Positions 23,638 through 35,235 of a stretch of DNA of 64,000 nucleotides are shown one piece after another. A program made the translations under genes and the position numbers. The notes under the pieces are model-generated. The model saw only the letters and a program-made list of their open reading frames with translations. It did not search any database and was not told the origin of the DNA. This DNA comes from Macrostomum hystrix (taxonomy: Eukaryota; Animalia; Platyhelminthes), in the NCBI GenBank assembly GCA_950097015.1, contig CATNEN010000001.1, positions 13,144,001 through 13,208,000 of the forward strand. The letters run 5' to 3'. Each line of letters starts with the position of its first letter. Within the stretch, counting starts at the first letter, position 1.

Positions 23638-25473
23638 TCAATATAAACTATCCATTAGCGTGAAGATGTATACCAAACGACTCGCGGCATCGCAAACAAC
23701 GAGACGTTTCTGTCCGTTGTTTCCTGCATCGCAAAGCGAGACGCCGCTGCTCGAGTTGAGCTCTGCGGCACCGACTGAGCCGATCCGCCGGCCTCGCGGG
23801 TCGAGCACCATCACCTCGGCCCGCGGTGCCTGATTGAGTCCTGGCTGGTCGTCGTAAAGTCCGCGGCTAACGCTGACAAAGATGCGACCACTTGCGTCTG
23901 AGCACATATAGAGAGCGCCGTAGAAGTCGTCCGAGTTAACAATATCTACAAAGAAATCACAGTTGCCGTCGTACATAAGCAGCTCATTTGACGCCACTTC
24001 CCTGCTGGATTTTGTCGACATTTTGTTGGTCAGAACAAGCAGGCTGCCCCGGGCAGTTGTAACAGACGTTGGAAAAATCTTGCGCCTGTCCATTGGAATG
24101 CGCTTCGCTCGGTCGGGGTCGAATTTTGGCCCTTCTAATACGAACACGGCGCCTGGTTTGCGATGCTGAGTGTTGCCTGGATCGACAATCATAAGAAACT
24201 TTTCTGTCAGTGTGACTGAGCAGAGTCCGGTAACGTCTCGCAGTTGTTCGATCTTCATTTCGACCATCTTTGTGCCGTCCATGTCGCAAATCAGCACCTT
24301 GTCTGTTGATAGCAGGACTAATTGCTTCCCGTCTGGCGAAGCAGACAGATACTTTGTGATGAATGGGGTGGTGTCCTTGACTTTAATTTGACCAAGGCAC
24401 TTACTATCCATAGACAGGACGTACAGTTTCATCATGTTGTTTACGATTAGCACTTCAGGCGGGAGTGCATTCCTAGCTGATGAGACAACGTGATCTTTGC
24501 GCTGAACAAAGTTCTCCTTGTCGAGACAGAATTCATCTGTGTGACACCACAGTACAGCGTGGTGTGGCATTAGCTCTCTTTCCAAACAGTTGACAGTCTG
24601 TGTATGCTGAACATCCACAGTGAGCGATTCCTGCAGCAGACGGAGCTCGCCGATCTTTGTCTCGATGGCGTCAATGTCTGCCCTGGTGTAGCTGAGACGA
24701 ACATCGTCTGGCAGTCTGGGCAGTTGGACGCTCCGTCTGAAGCGCTCCGCAGAAGAGACAAACTCGAGCTTCTTCCTCAGCGTGGAGTAGTCGTCTTCTT
24801 CTGTTCTCAAAGCCTTCTTCAGGCGTCTCTGCATCTTGCGAGCAGTTTCGTAGAACTCTTCGATCGATTTTTCTGCCGCCTCGATTTTGTTTTTCGACAT
24901 TGCCAGCTCTTTGTACACCGATCTAAACCTGACTTCAATGCATTTCAGCATGTCTTCATAACTCAGTCTGTTTTCTTCTATTAGGTTATCGATGTTCTGC
25001 TTGAAAATCTTGCTTTTTTCGATCCAATCTTGGAGTTCAAGAAGTTGCTTTTCTCCTTCCACCAACTGCGTATTGCAGTTTCTATTGACCTGCTCAAAGT
25101 CCTCTTCAAGATGTCCTTGGCAGAGCCTGAGCTCGCAGTGGGGACACGGTTCGACGCTGACAGCCTCAGCCACACAGCCGGGCTTCTGGCAGCCTTGGCG
25201 GCTCACTGAGTGTCTTCTATCCGACTGCTCGGCGCGGCGATGTTGTCGTACCTTGCTTTCTAGATCCCTGTCCTTCCGCAACACATCCGGAGCAGTGGCG
25301 TACAGCTTGCTGCACCCCGGAGCAGGGCAGTGGAAGTAACTATTGCTGTTTCGCCTGCTGATGGCTTTCACGCAACGCTCGCACACTCGATGACCGCATG
25401 TAGGCATTATCAATGGCAACTCAAAGTAATGCTTGCATTTGGGACACTTTAGAGTACCCGTGTAGACTGGCAT
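23638..25473 (-). CDS. TRIM-like E3 ligase: RING, B-box-like, coiled coil, NHL-like beta-propeller (611 aa, single coding exon)
   Basis: C3HC4 RING (CPKC..PTCGHRVCERC..CPAPGC), CQKPGC..CPHCELRLCQGH, heptad-rich middle region, and C-terminal propeller-type blades (YMCSDASGRIFVS, LVVCDAASRLVYIF). The ATG directly follows a TCTGCAG acceptor. Confidence 0.85.
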   Translation of the reverse strand: MPVYTGTLKCPKCKHYFELPLIMPTCGHRVCERCVKAISRRNSNSYFHCPAPGCSKLYATAPDVLRKDRDLESKVRQHRRAEQSDRRHSVSRQGCQKPGCVAEAVSVEPCPHCELRLCQGHLEEDFEQVNRNCNTQLVEGEKQLLELQDWIEKSKIFKQNIDNLIEENRLSYEDMLKCIEVRFRSVYKELAMSKNKIEAAEKSIEEFYETARKMQRRLKKALRTEEDDYSTLRKKLEFVSSAERFRRSVQLPRLPDDVRLSYTRADIDAIETKIGELRLLQESLTVDVQHTQTVNCLERELMPHHAVLWCHTDEFCLDKENFVQRKDHVVSSARNALPPEVLIVNNMMKLYVLSMDSKCLGQIKVKDTTPFITKYLSASPDGKQLVLLSTDKVLICDMDGTKMVEMKIEQLRDVTGLCSVTLTEKFLMIVDPGNTQHRKPGAVFVLEGPKFDPDRAKRIPMDRRKIFPTSVTTARGSLLVLTNKMSTKSSREVASNELLMYDGNCDFFVDIVNSDDFYGALYMCSDASGRIFVSVSRGLYDDQPGLNQAPRAEVMVLDPRGRRIGSVGAAELNSSSGVSLCDAGNNGQKRLVVCDAASRLVYIFTLMDSLY

Positions 25474-26169
25474 CTGCAGATCAAGGGGTTGATCTGTTGA
25501 GCCCTACAAATGTGGCGAGTTTGGATTGTTTAATATTTATTTAATTAATTGATTAATCTTTCTATTTGAGATCCCGCATTTTGTGTCTAAATAAAACTTT
25601 ACGGATTCAAAATACGTACATCCACGACATGTGTTCCACTGACTTGACTATGATTATTGGCATGCATCAGTTATTAAGTATAAAATTAGAATGGTCACTC
25701 AACTCTTCGACGCAGAGCCGTTGGCAGCCTTCCACCAGTCATGCTGCTTCTGCTGCCTCGCTCCATCGTATGCCCTAATAGAATGCAAAGAAAAAGTAAA
25801 AAAAACGGCTCACAGATTTTTTATATAATTAAAGCATTCTGTTTTATCTGGTTTACTTTACTTTATAGCGGCTTGAATAATGTTCCTTATAATAGCACAT
25901 TTGACGCCATTTCTTCAACAGTTTGATAAGCGTGCCTTCTTTTGTACTCGTACTGACATCAACTTTCAAAGACAGATGCGAAAAAAATTTGACATATGAG
26001 ACAATTGACGTCAGAATGTCTTGCATGACCGTTATTTGGAGTCTAATAGTTTGGAGTGCATTGTATATTATGCGAGTACTGAAAGATTACACCCGCATAA
26101 CATGCAGACAACAGCACAACCGCAGTCTATTCAAAAGCTGCGTACAACTATAGAGTACACGAATTTAGT

Positions 26170-26320
26170 GACGCCACACCCACCCTCAATTACCCCAGCT
26201 AATACTGGCACCCATTTAACAGCTGGGTGAACTGAAGCAATGCGCAGTTGAGTGTCTTGCTTAACAGCACAAACTGTTCTAGTGGAGTCGCGAATCGAAC
26301 CCCCGACCGTCAAGTTGTTA
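26170..26320 (-). mobile_element. SINE family B (CORE-like) copy
   Basis: The minus strand reads GGGGGTTCGATTCG...TTGCTTCAGTTCACCCAGCTGTTAAATGGGTGCCAG. Near-identical segment at 56370-56475. Confidence 0.75.
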
Positions 26321-27454
26321 CTTCGACGCTGCTTGTAGCCGCTTGGATACTAAACCCACATTCATACAAACAACACTTAAATAGAATCAAATGGCTTTAC
26401 TAAAATAAAGGAATGTCAAAGCTTTTCTATAAGTGAATAAAAAACATTTCAGAAATTTTAAATGATTATCAATACACTGGCCAAAAGTATTGATCACATA
26501 CTCAAGCTCGACCTTGCCAACTGACAACTCAAAGCAAGTCTTTGTGACATGCCAGAAATGTTATCATGTTATTGAATATTTATACCACGTCCATACATTT
26601 AAGAGCTTTGAAATCAAAGTTAAGCACAGTAATCAAGGTACATCAACGAGAACGCGCAGTTCCTGGCACAAAGCTCCAAGTCAAGGTTGCACTGGCACTT
26701 TCTGGGCAGGTGGGCTTTGTCGGAACATCTGCACTTGACTGATCATCGACTCTTTGTTCTGATACTTAACAAACGGGAAGTCTGGCGGCTACAAATCGCA
26801 GCCGTAGTTTTCAAACAGGCAGCTCTTAAAGCGGCGGAAGTTTTTCTCACCACAGCGATCATTATGGCCTGCACAGGTCCAAGATTCGGGTGAAGCACGC
26901 TGGTTATTCATTCTGAGTCAACCTGTTGCTTCGAAATTTTCTACAGGGTTGGAAGCTTGAGGTGTCTACTTTCTACTGGTCGGTGAAGCCAAGGACAATA
27001 ATGAAGAGTTTGCCTGGCTGACACTCTCATAGTCTCATAGTTTCCCTCGGACTCAGTTCCCAGTTCACCGAGTTTCCTGACTTTCCTGGTGTATTTTGTC
27101 TTTCTATGTAGCTATGCAAGGCCAAGAGTGCTATGTATGGGGCGTACTGACAGCATTAGCACTCGAGGAAAAAATGTAACCTTATCTCCCTGACATATAA
27201 CGACGCTGTGGAGAGTTAACGACAAGATTTTTCTAGAATCTCATGTACCTGCATTGGTCCGTTCTGGTTGGAGCCAAAAAATATAATTGCAACAATGGCA
27301 CTTTTACTGTTTGCCACCGCCTGGGCAATCATGGCCTGCGAGTGGGCCAGTTAAATAAGGTAACAATTTGGTTTTAGCGAACAAAAACGTAGCTGATTTC
27401 ACTTTGTGAGATGAAGTCAGTCATGCTCATAATCAAACATTGTAAATAATAATA

Positions 27455-27770
27455 ATAATAATTGCAGGAGGGCTGCGGGCAATGGCACGACATTTGATGA
27501 CACTAGACCCGCAGCCAGCGAGAAAGCAGTTCTGCCCATTTCGCTGACTCCTGAGCACACACGCATACAGGTGTGTATATCTGCCTTGACTTTTATTATC
27601 ATCAGACAGTGCACATTTTCACTGTGCCTTGGAGTTTGGCCTAGCTCAATTGCGTGAATTGCACGACAAGCCACCAATTAGCCTTCTCTACGCGGCTGGC
27701 CCCTAAATAAATCAAACTTAAGGACTTGCTGCGAGAGGCAAACTTGATAACAGCTCGGCCACTCAGCCAC
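27455..27770 (-). mobile_element. SINE family A copy
   Basis: Reverse complement of the family-A body and tail, with an (ATT)n end. Confidence 0.85.
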
Positions 27771-27942
27771 TGAAAATTGTGCATAAAAACTTACAAGAGT
27801 TTTGTCTTATCTGTCTCGGGAGACAGGGACACAGCGCCAATCACGTGGAATGTGATGAGATTGGAGTACAGGCAGTTCCGCAGGCAGGTGTCATCGTTTT
27901 TGAAGTCGCAGTTGCATCTGTCCTGCAGCTTCTCCAGCGCCT

Positions 27943-28440
27943 TCAAGACTCGAAATGTTGGCAGGTAGGGTTCATAGTTCTTTCGGCCGTTTTCCGGACA
28001 GTCAATGTCGTGGAGGATGCACGAGCACATCGATTGCAGTACCCTGTCTCCCTGAACGGCCAGAAGTCACTGGGTGCGAGGTCCAGCGAGTAGGGCGGTT
28101 GTGGCAGCACTTCGAAGCCCAGGTCTAATATGGCAGTCATTGTTTGCCTGGCTGGGGTTGTCATGCATTGTCATGCTGAAGCAGGTTATCACGGCTCAGC
28201 TTGCCACGCCACTGGGCCATCATGGCTTCACGCAACTACTGCAAGACTTGAATGTAGCACTCACTGTTGATTGTGACACCACGGGAAAGCCATTCAATGC
28301 TTGCCAGCTGAACGTGTCACTCAAGGCTTTGACAGGTGTAGGCTCATGGCTGCATGGCCTTCCACACAGTGCAATCGCTCTTCGTGCCCTTCTACAGATT
28401 GAAGACCCTAGACATTGTGTGGCTTGAAACCTTCAGCTTC
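27943..28440 (-). mobile_element. mariner (DD34D-type) transposase remnant
   Basis: LLQHDNA followed, after a frameshift, by GFEVLPQPPYSLDLAPSDFWPF, a match to the mariner HPPYSPDLAPSD motif. Confidence 0.85.
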
Positions 28441-29485
28441 CAATCATTAACAACTGCGAATGAAGACATCCCGATTTGACAGCAACTTAACACGGAAAAT
28501 TATTTTTTAACACTGTTTTGCCCTTTCCTGTACATGTCCCTCCCCCTATCCAATGACTCATCCCCAGTGACCTTGAGCTTGTTGTGACTACACTGTGCGA
28601 ACATGGTGTGAGTGCACTTGCTCTGCGAGCTAAACTGAGTCCCTTTTCGGGACCGGACCCAGTCAAAGTCCCTCTGTCTCCTTCCCCTGCACCACCCATG
28701 TACTCGCGACCGAGGCCTAATAAGGGCCCAAACCCCAGACTGGCTGGGGGGGCTGTGGGCACAGAAATATAATGGTGCGCTTCCCAAAGTTGGGAACAAA
28801 GAAATTTAGAAAAGCAGCCAACAAAGTTCTAGCGTCCGTTCAAAAGAGCTGTCTAAGTTATTTGTGCTTATTGCACGACCAGAACATAGCTGTCAATGTT
28901 TTTATTTAGGAAAGTGAAAAGGATGAAATTCTCTAGGTATTAAAACCTGTGTAACTGCAGTATTGCGATTAGCAACTAATGATGCCTTATATTTGTCTAA
29001 AAAAACGCGCGCACTTGATTTTAAACTTTTTATGATAATTTAAAACGAGTTTAAGAATTATAACAAGTTTTAAACAAAATATGTACCCTAGCATTCATAA
29101 AAAAAATCATGCTGCCTGTTAAACAACGAATTATGCGGATTTAAGTCTATTCTTACATTAACTACGTTTAGTTGTACATTAAATGTTTCTAAGAAAAGTC
29201 ATAAAACGGATCGCGCTTACTACACTACTTCACAGTTCACATTTATAAGTATATTCAAAACTCATAATAGGTTATTCACCCATCATCTTTGACATATAAC
29301 ATATTATTCATTGTGGCAATTCTCCACATAGCAATAAATTACAGAAAAATACTAGAACCTTCTTGGTTTTGCTAATAATAAACTGTTCGTTTTACATTTC
29401 AATCCATTGAATAGCTCATAAGCTTAATAATTAATATTATCGATTCAGACTGAGATAAAAGCAACAAATTGTCCTAGAAAAATAT

Positions 29486-31478
29486 ATGATGACTACCGAG
29501 AAGTCGGCACTTTTGCTTCATAGACAACTAAATGGTTTGTTTGTTTCATTTTTTTGCTCTAATAAATTGCATAACAACACAACCTTAAAAACTGAATGCT
29601 GATTACTGATTAATTAAAGCCAGTTTGTTTTATCAATCATAAAACTAAGTGCAAGTTACTTAGGCATGCTTAACTTAGGCATACTATGCTAGTATGCTGT
29701 ACATAATTTTGTCTAGTTGCTGCTGTGGCGTTTGAATATGGATATGCCTATAAAGAAAATTAAGAAGTATTTATAATGGCCAATATTGATCAATAACTTT
29801 TTTCTTGAATGTCTTTTTTCTTAAAAGCTGCTACTACTAGCTAAGCTTGATTCTTCAGTGACTATATAGATAATATAGACCTATAGTTATTTGACTCTTG
29901 TCTTTAGGAGACTTTAAGTATTTTTAAAAGTGGCTAACTACAGTCACTATTTTTAAATAGACAGAAATGATATGAAATGTAATACAATTTTGTAAAATAT
30001 TTGAGTATTGTTTTTTTCTGCTTTTCATTCTAAAAAACTAATCTTTGATAAGTACAAATGCTTTGAAAAAAGGCAGCTTTCCAAATATTTATATTATCAT
30101 AGAATAGTTTCATATTCTGTTAAAGTTTGATATTAGGTCAAGCCAAGTTTTTTGAGTACCTAAATATTATAATTGCTCTTTCTTTTTTTGAATAAAGTTT
30201 AACTTGACATAGGGTATCATTTATATTGTATTATTGTACTTTTCATATACTTTTTATTGCATTTTTCAAACTGCACTTTCAAACTACACAGACCTATTTA
30301 GCACTAGGCCTAACCAAAGTTCTTATTGTAAACTTTCTCATAAAAATGGAATAATCCACCTACTTGCTGAAAAATTTCTCTTAATCATTTTTCTTTTACA
30401 CAGATCTAAGAAAGCAAGGCTCAGATTGTTTCTCAGCTGGCCTACTGGATGACAGTGATCCCTATGTCTGGCGGGTCACCATCTTTGGCCCATCTGGAAC
30501 ATTGTATGAGGGCGGCCTATTTGTAGCTGAGTTGCGCTTTCCAAAAGACTATCCAAACCGACCGCCTAAAATGAAATTTCTCACTGAAATCTGGCATCCC
30601 AATGTTGAAGCAGATGGCTCTGTCTGCATCTCCATACTGCATGAGCCAGGTAAGATTCTGTGATTCCGTGTGGCTTTTGCTCTAAGTTCTGCTGGGCAGC
30701 AGTCCACTTTAGAATCCATAAGATACTAAATTCTGAGCCCACCATCCCAATCTCCCCAAGCTTGAGCTTACCTATCCAAAGTCCTCAATTTTGAGAAAAA
30801 TATCCTTAACTCCCAGATTTCCACTTGCAATTCTAAATCAACAAAATTATTGTACTGTCTCTAAAGATTTCCCAGATCTAGAGTCCCCAAGTTTAAACAC
30901 ACAATTCCAGCTACTCATGTAGGAGTACACATTAAATTCTTAGGTAGGAGCACATACGCCTTAGATCCTCTTGTTTGAGCACACCTTAGATCCTCAGGTT
31001 TGAGCACACCTTAGATCCTCAGGTTTGAGCACACCTTAGATCCTCAGGTTTGAGCACACCTTAGATCCTCAGGTTTGAGCACACCTTAGATCCTCAGGTT
31101 TGAGCACACTCTAGATCCTCAGGTTTGAGCACACTCTAGATCTCCGATTCGAGCACATTGGTCTTAGATCCTCAGGCTTGAGCACACCTTTAATCCTTAG
31201 GTTTGAGCGCACACCTTAGATCCTCAGGTTTGAGCACACCTTAAATCCTTTGACAAGGTGAGGACAAATGGGGCTACGAACGGCCAGAAGAGCGTTGGCT
31301 ACCAATCCACTCAGTAGAGTCCATTGTCATGTCCGTCATCACAATGCTATCCGAGCCCAATCCGGACAGTCCGGCCAACGTGGACGCTGCCAAGGAGTTT
31401 CGCGAGAATGCCGCCGCTTTCAAAAAACGCGTCGCCCGCTGCGTCAGAAAAAGTCAAGAGGAGCCAATACTGGACTGA
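29486..31478 (+). CDS. UBE2G1: Ubiquitin-conjugating enzyme E2 G1 (Ubc7 family), 3 exons
   Basis: Exons 29486-29534 (MMTTEKSALLLHRQLN), 30404-30649 (..FSAGLLDD..YEGGLF..FPKDYPNRPPKMKFLTEIWHPNVEADGSVCISILHEP) and 31258-31478 (GEDKWGYERPEERWLPIHSVESI..SPANVDAAKEFRE..RKSQEE..*). Catalytic Cys and the Ubc7/Cdc34 acidic loop are present. The ORF track misses this gene. Confidence 0.96.
30958..31248. repeat. 25-bp minisatellite (TTAGATCCTCAGGTTTGAGCACACC) abutting the UBE2G1 intron-2 acceptor
   Basis: About 11 units, ending about 10 bp before exon 3. Confidence 0.93.
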
Positions 31479-32494
31479 GCTGGGCAGTTGTGCGAGCTTT
31501 GGTTCTGCGCTCTCGCACCTTGACACTCCGCTGATAGACTTCATTTTTGCTATGAATTTATTCTTATTTTTTCGACTCCAAGAAACTGTCTTACCTGTGC
31601 AAGGTGGGGCTACCGCGTCTCAAATAGTGCGACAATATTATAATAACTTGATCTGAATTTGTCAGAATTTTTCTCACTGTTCACTCTCACGGGTCTACTC
31701 TCACAGTCACCTCTCACGGGTCTAGTCTCTCTGTCTCACAGTCCACTCTCACGGGTCTACTCTCTCTCGTCTTTGTAAGTTGGAATATTTTTAGGGGGCA
31801 AAGGCGTTCGCTTTTCGATCAGTCTGCTTATAATTTGAGATCAGCTAGAATAAGTTTTTATTGGCAAAGTTTTTGTTAAATAGAGAGTGAAATAATCAGC
31901 TTCGGTGTGTGCCCGAGCAGTTTGCAAAAGCAGACAAATATCATCTGTTGCTTTTTATCAGTTCTTACACACAAATGGACATATTTGCTTTAAATAAAAC
32001 AAGAAATATCATTATTTTCTGGACTGTGTTTAGTTATCTCGTTTATCGCTGGCAGAGACCGTTGCAAACCAACGGTGATGACAAGTGAAGTTGTAACGCG
32101 CCTTAATAGAACTGCATAGCAACAGAAAGCAACAAAATATAAATATTTATTTGAAAGCAAAACAAGTCTTGTTCTCCGTTGTTCTAATTTGTACCCGGTA
32201 ATAATTGTTAAATTAATTTCAAGAGCATGTACTTTTTAGTTTTTGATTTGAATTTTGTTAAAATGTACTTACACCCCCATGTTTTTCGGCAGAGCAAAGT
32301 GCCGAGATTTAAAGGGCCTAAAGCAGTTGGATTATTATTGAATTGCTGGCGAGCAGCTGCAAGATTCGCAAAATGCGTCATTGTAATTATCATTTGCAGG
32401 GGGAGATACGATATTATTTTGGGAAAATTTTCCCCTTTAATGCTTGACTAGAAGTATCCTGAAAATGTTGATAACGTTAGATTTTTGACGAGCG

Positions 32495-33570
32495 AACATT
32501 CCTGACACATTCCTGACAAAATGCACATTCCCAATGAACTACATACACATTCCTGACAAAATGCACATTGCCAATGAACTACATACACATTCCTGACAAA
32601 ATGCACATTCCCAATGAACTACATACACATTCCTGACAAAATGCACGTTCCCAATGAACTACATACACATTCCTGATAAAATGCACATTGCCAATGAACT
32701 ACATACACATTCCTGATAAAATGCACATTGCCAATGAACTACATACACATTCCTGACAAAATGCACATTGCCAATGAACTACATACACATTCCTGACAAA
32801 ATGCACATTGCCAATGAACTACATACACATTCCTGACAAAATGCACATTGCCAATGAACTACATACACATTCCTGATAAAATGCACATTGCCAATGAACT
32901 ACATACACATTCCTGATAAAATGCACATTGCCAATGAACTACATACACATTCCTGACAAAATGCACATTGCCAATGAACTACATACACATTCCTGACAAA
33001 ATGCACATTGCCAATGAACTACATACACATTCCTGACAAAATGCACATTCCCAATGAACTACATACACATTCCTGATAACATGCACATTCCCAATGAACT
33101 ACATACACATTCCTGATAAAATGCACATTCCCAATGAACTACATACACATTCCTGATAAAATGCACATTGCCAATGAACTACATACACATTCCTGATAAA
33201 ATGCACATTCCCAATGAACTACATACAAATTCCTGACAAAATGCACATTGCCAATGAACTACATACACATTCCTGATAAAATGCACATTCCCAATGAACT
33301 ACATACACATTCCTGACAAAATGCACATTCCCAATGAACTACATACACATTCCCAACGAACTACATACACATTCCCAATGAACTACATACACATTCCCAA
33401 TGAACTACATACACATTCCCAATGAACTACATACACATTCCCAATGAACTACATACACATTCCCAATGAACTACATACACATTCCTGATAAACTGCACAT
33501 TCCCAATGTACAACATTACACATTCCCAATCAACAACATACATGCATTCCTGATAAAATGCACATTGCGC
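32495..33570. repeat. 40-bp minisatellite (CACATTCCTGACAAAATGCACATTGCCAATGAACTACATA) with 22-bp sub-unit runs
   Basis: Direct tandem repetition. Confidence 0.97.
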
Positions 33571-34118
33571 ATATACCGCACATTGCTACACATTCCCTAA
33601 ACATTCCGTCATTCGCTCAACTGGCATCGAATGGCAGGGAGAATGCGTAATTAAACTTCAAGGCGGTTGGCCCTATTGGTTGCAATTTTGTACTTGAGCA
33701 TAAAATCACTAGCTAAAAATTAATAGTGGCATACCATGAATGATCAGGCTTGTACATGGTGTATTTTGAACAGTGTTAAAGTAAGACACCATACTACTTA
33801 ATTCGGCTTCTTTTGCATCGTAAGTAGTATAAACCTTTAGATACTAAAATTTTAGTAACCTGTACATGGCTGTACACATTCTTTTTGAGTGTACGCAACA
33901 CATTGTATTGCTATGACCAATGACTTCTGGGCTCCGGTTGATCTCATTCTCCCGAATTCCCTTGCGAAAGTGTCTACGAATCTCAACTAGACGGATACGA
34001 AAAGTAATTTACGGAAGTCTCACAAAACCTTCCTGAGAATCTTCAGCGACCCAAAATTTTGTTTCCGAAATTTGTGTGAAGACTAATGGCGGTGAATGAG
34101 ACACGACTGCAGCTCCAT

Positions 34119-34885
34119 GGGGTGTTTCAAATACCCTGCACTGTCTAATTCAAGATAGCTCCCAAACCGAATGACTGATATTCGTGAAAGTCCACGATGA
34201 CAGTGGACTTTCAGAGCCGTCCTTTCAAAGCGATTCTTGTCGAAGATCATGGTGACAAGGAAAACTATTATAAACCTCTATGGCAAATCCATATTTGTTC
34301 AGTAATATAATAGTTAGTAATATAATAGTCAGTAATAAATTAGTTAGTAATAGAATAGTTAGTAATATAATAGTTAGTAATACAATATTTAGTAATATAA
34401 TGGTTAGTAATACAATATTTAGTAATATAATGGTCAGTAATATAATAGTCAGTAATATAATAGTTAGTAATATAGTTAGTAATATAATAGTTAGTAGTAT
34501 AATAGTTAGTAATATAATAGTTAGTAATATAATCAATAATCGCTAAGGTGGTAATATAAAAAATATAAAATCGAATTTAAAAAATCACCTCAAACATCAA
34601 ATAAACAAAATAGCAGCACCTAATCGGCGTGCGCACCTCAATAATAATAAGATAATTAATTCTTTGTGAGCAGAAATATTATGCCAATGTTGGTGCTTAT
34701 TGACACCAGACACCCGGACGAGAATCGTTGACTATCTAGACGATGCCGGTGTTTGGGATTCTGGAAGTTGTTTTATCAGATACAGCGGAAAATTTCAGCC
34801 TGTGTTCTGCATTTCCATGGCGACTGGTTAAATATATTGTGAGATACAGACAAAATAAAAGTGTGGACCTATTTAAAATAACCTG
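34119..34885. mobile_element. Non-autonomous TIR element family C, copy expanded by an internal minisatellite
   Basis: Starts GGGGTGTTTCAAATACCC. Collinear with 13815-14190 and 61241-61692. Confidence 0.78.
34301..34535. repeat. 15-bp AT-rich minisatellite (AGTAATATAATAGTT)
   Basis: About 15 units. Source of the poly-(IILLT) ORF. Confidence 0.93.
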
Positions 34886-35235
34886 TTGTCCTTCAACTGT
34901 TTCCTTTCTTAATTAAATGCATTTCGAGCTCTAAAAAATTTAAGGCTGTTACGTTCTGTTAGGGCACTGAGTCTCAGGCCCAAATGGTTCGACCGGAACA
35001 ACTTCAATTGTCTTTCAGCAGTGCTATGTCCCATGTGGGTGGCAAGTGCGGGCACAGCTAATTAATGTGTTTTAATGTCCAGATCCAATTAGCAGTTGCG
35101 AAACCAACTCCTGCTGGATCTCCAGTTTGCCGAACACAAGTGGGTATTTAAGCCGATCTCTTTCGCTAGGCCTGGCAGTTGTTGGTTGTTAGTGGGGCCA
35201 ATCTCTCCTATTATTAAACATTGCCAGCAACAGCA

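Noticed and set aside
34225-34546. Hydrophobic poly-(IILLT) membrane-protein ORF
   Set aside because: Translation of a 15-bp AT-rich minisatellite.
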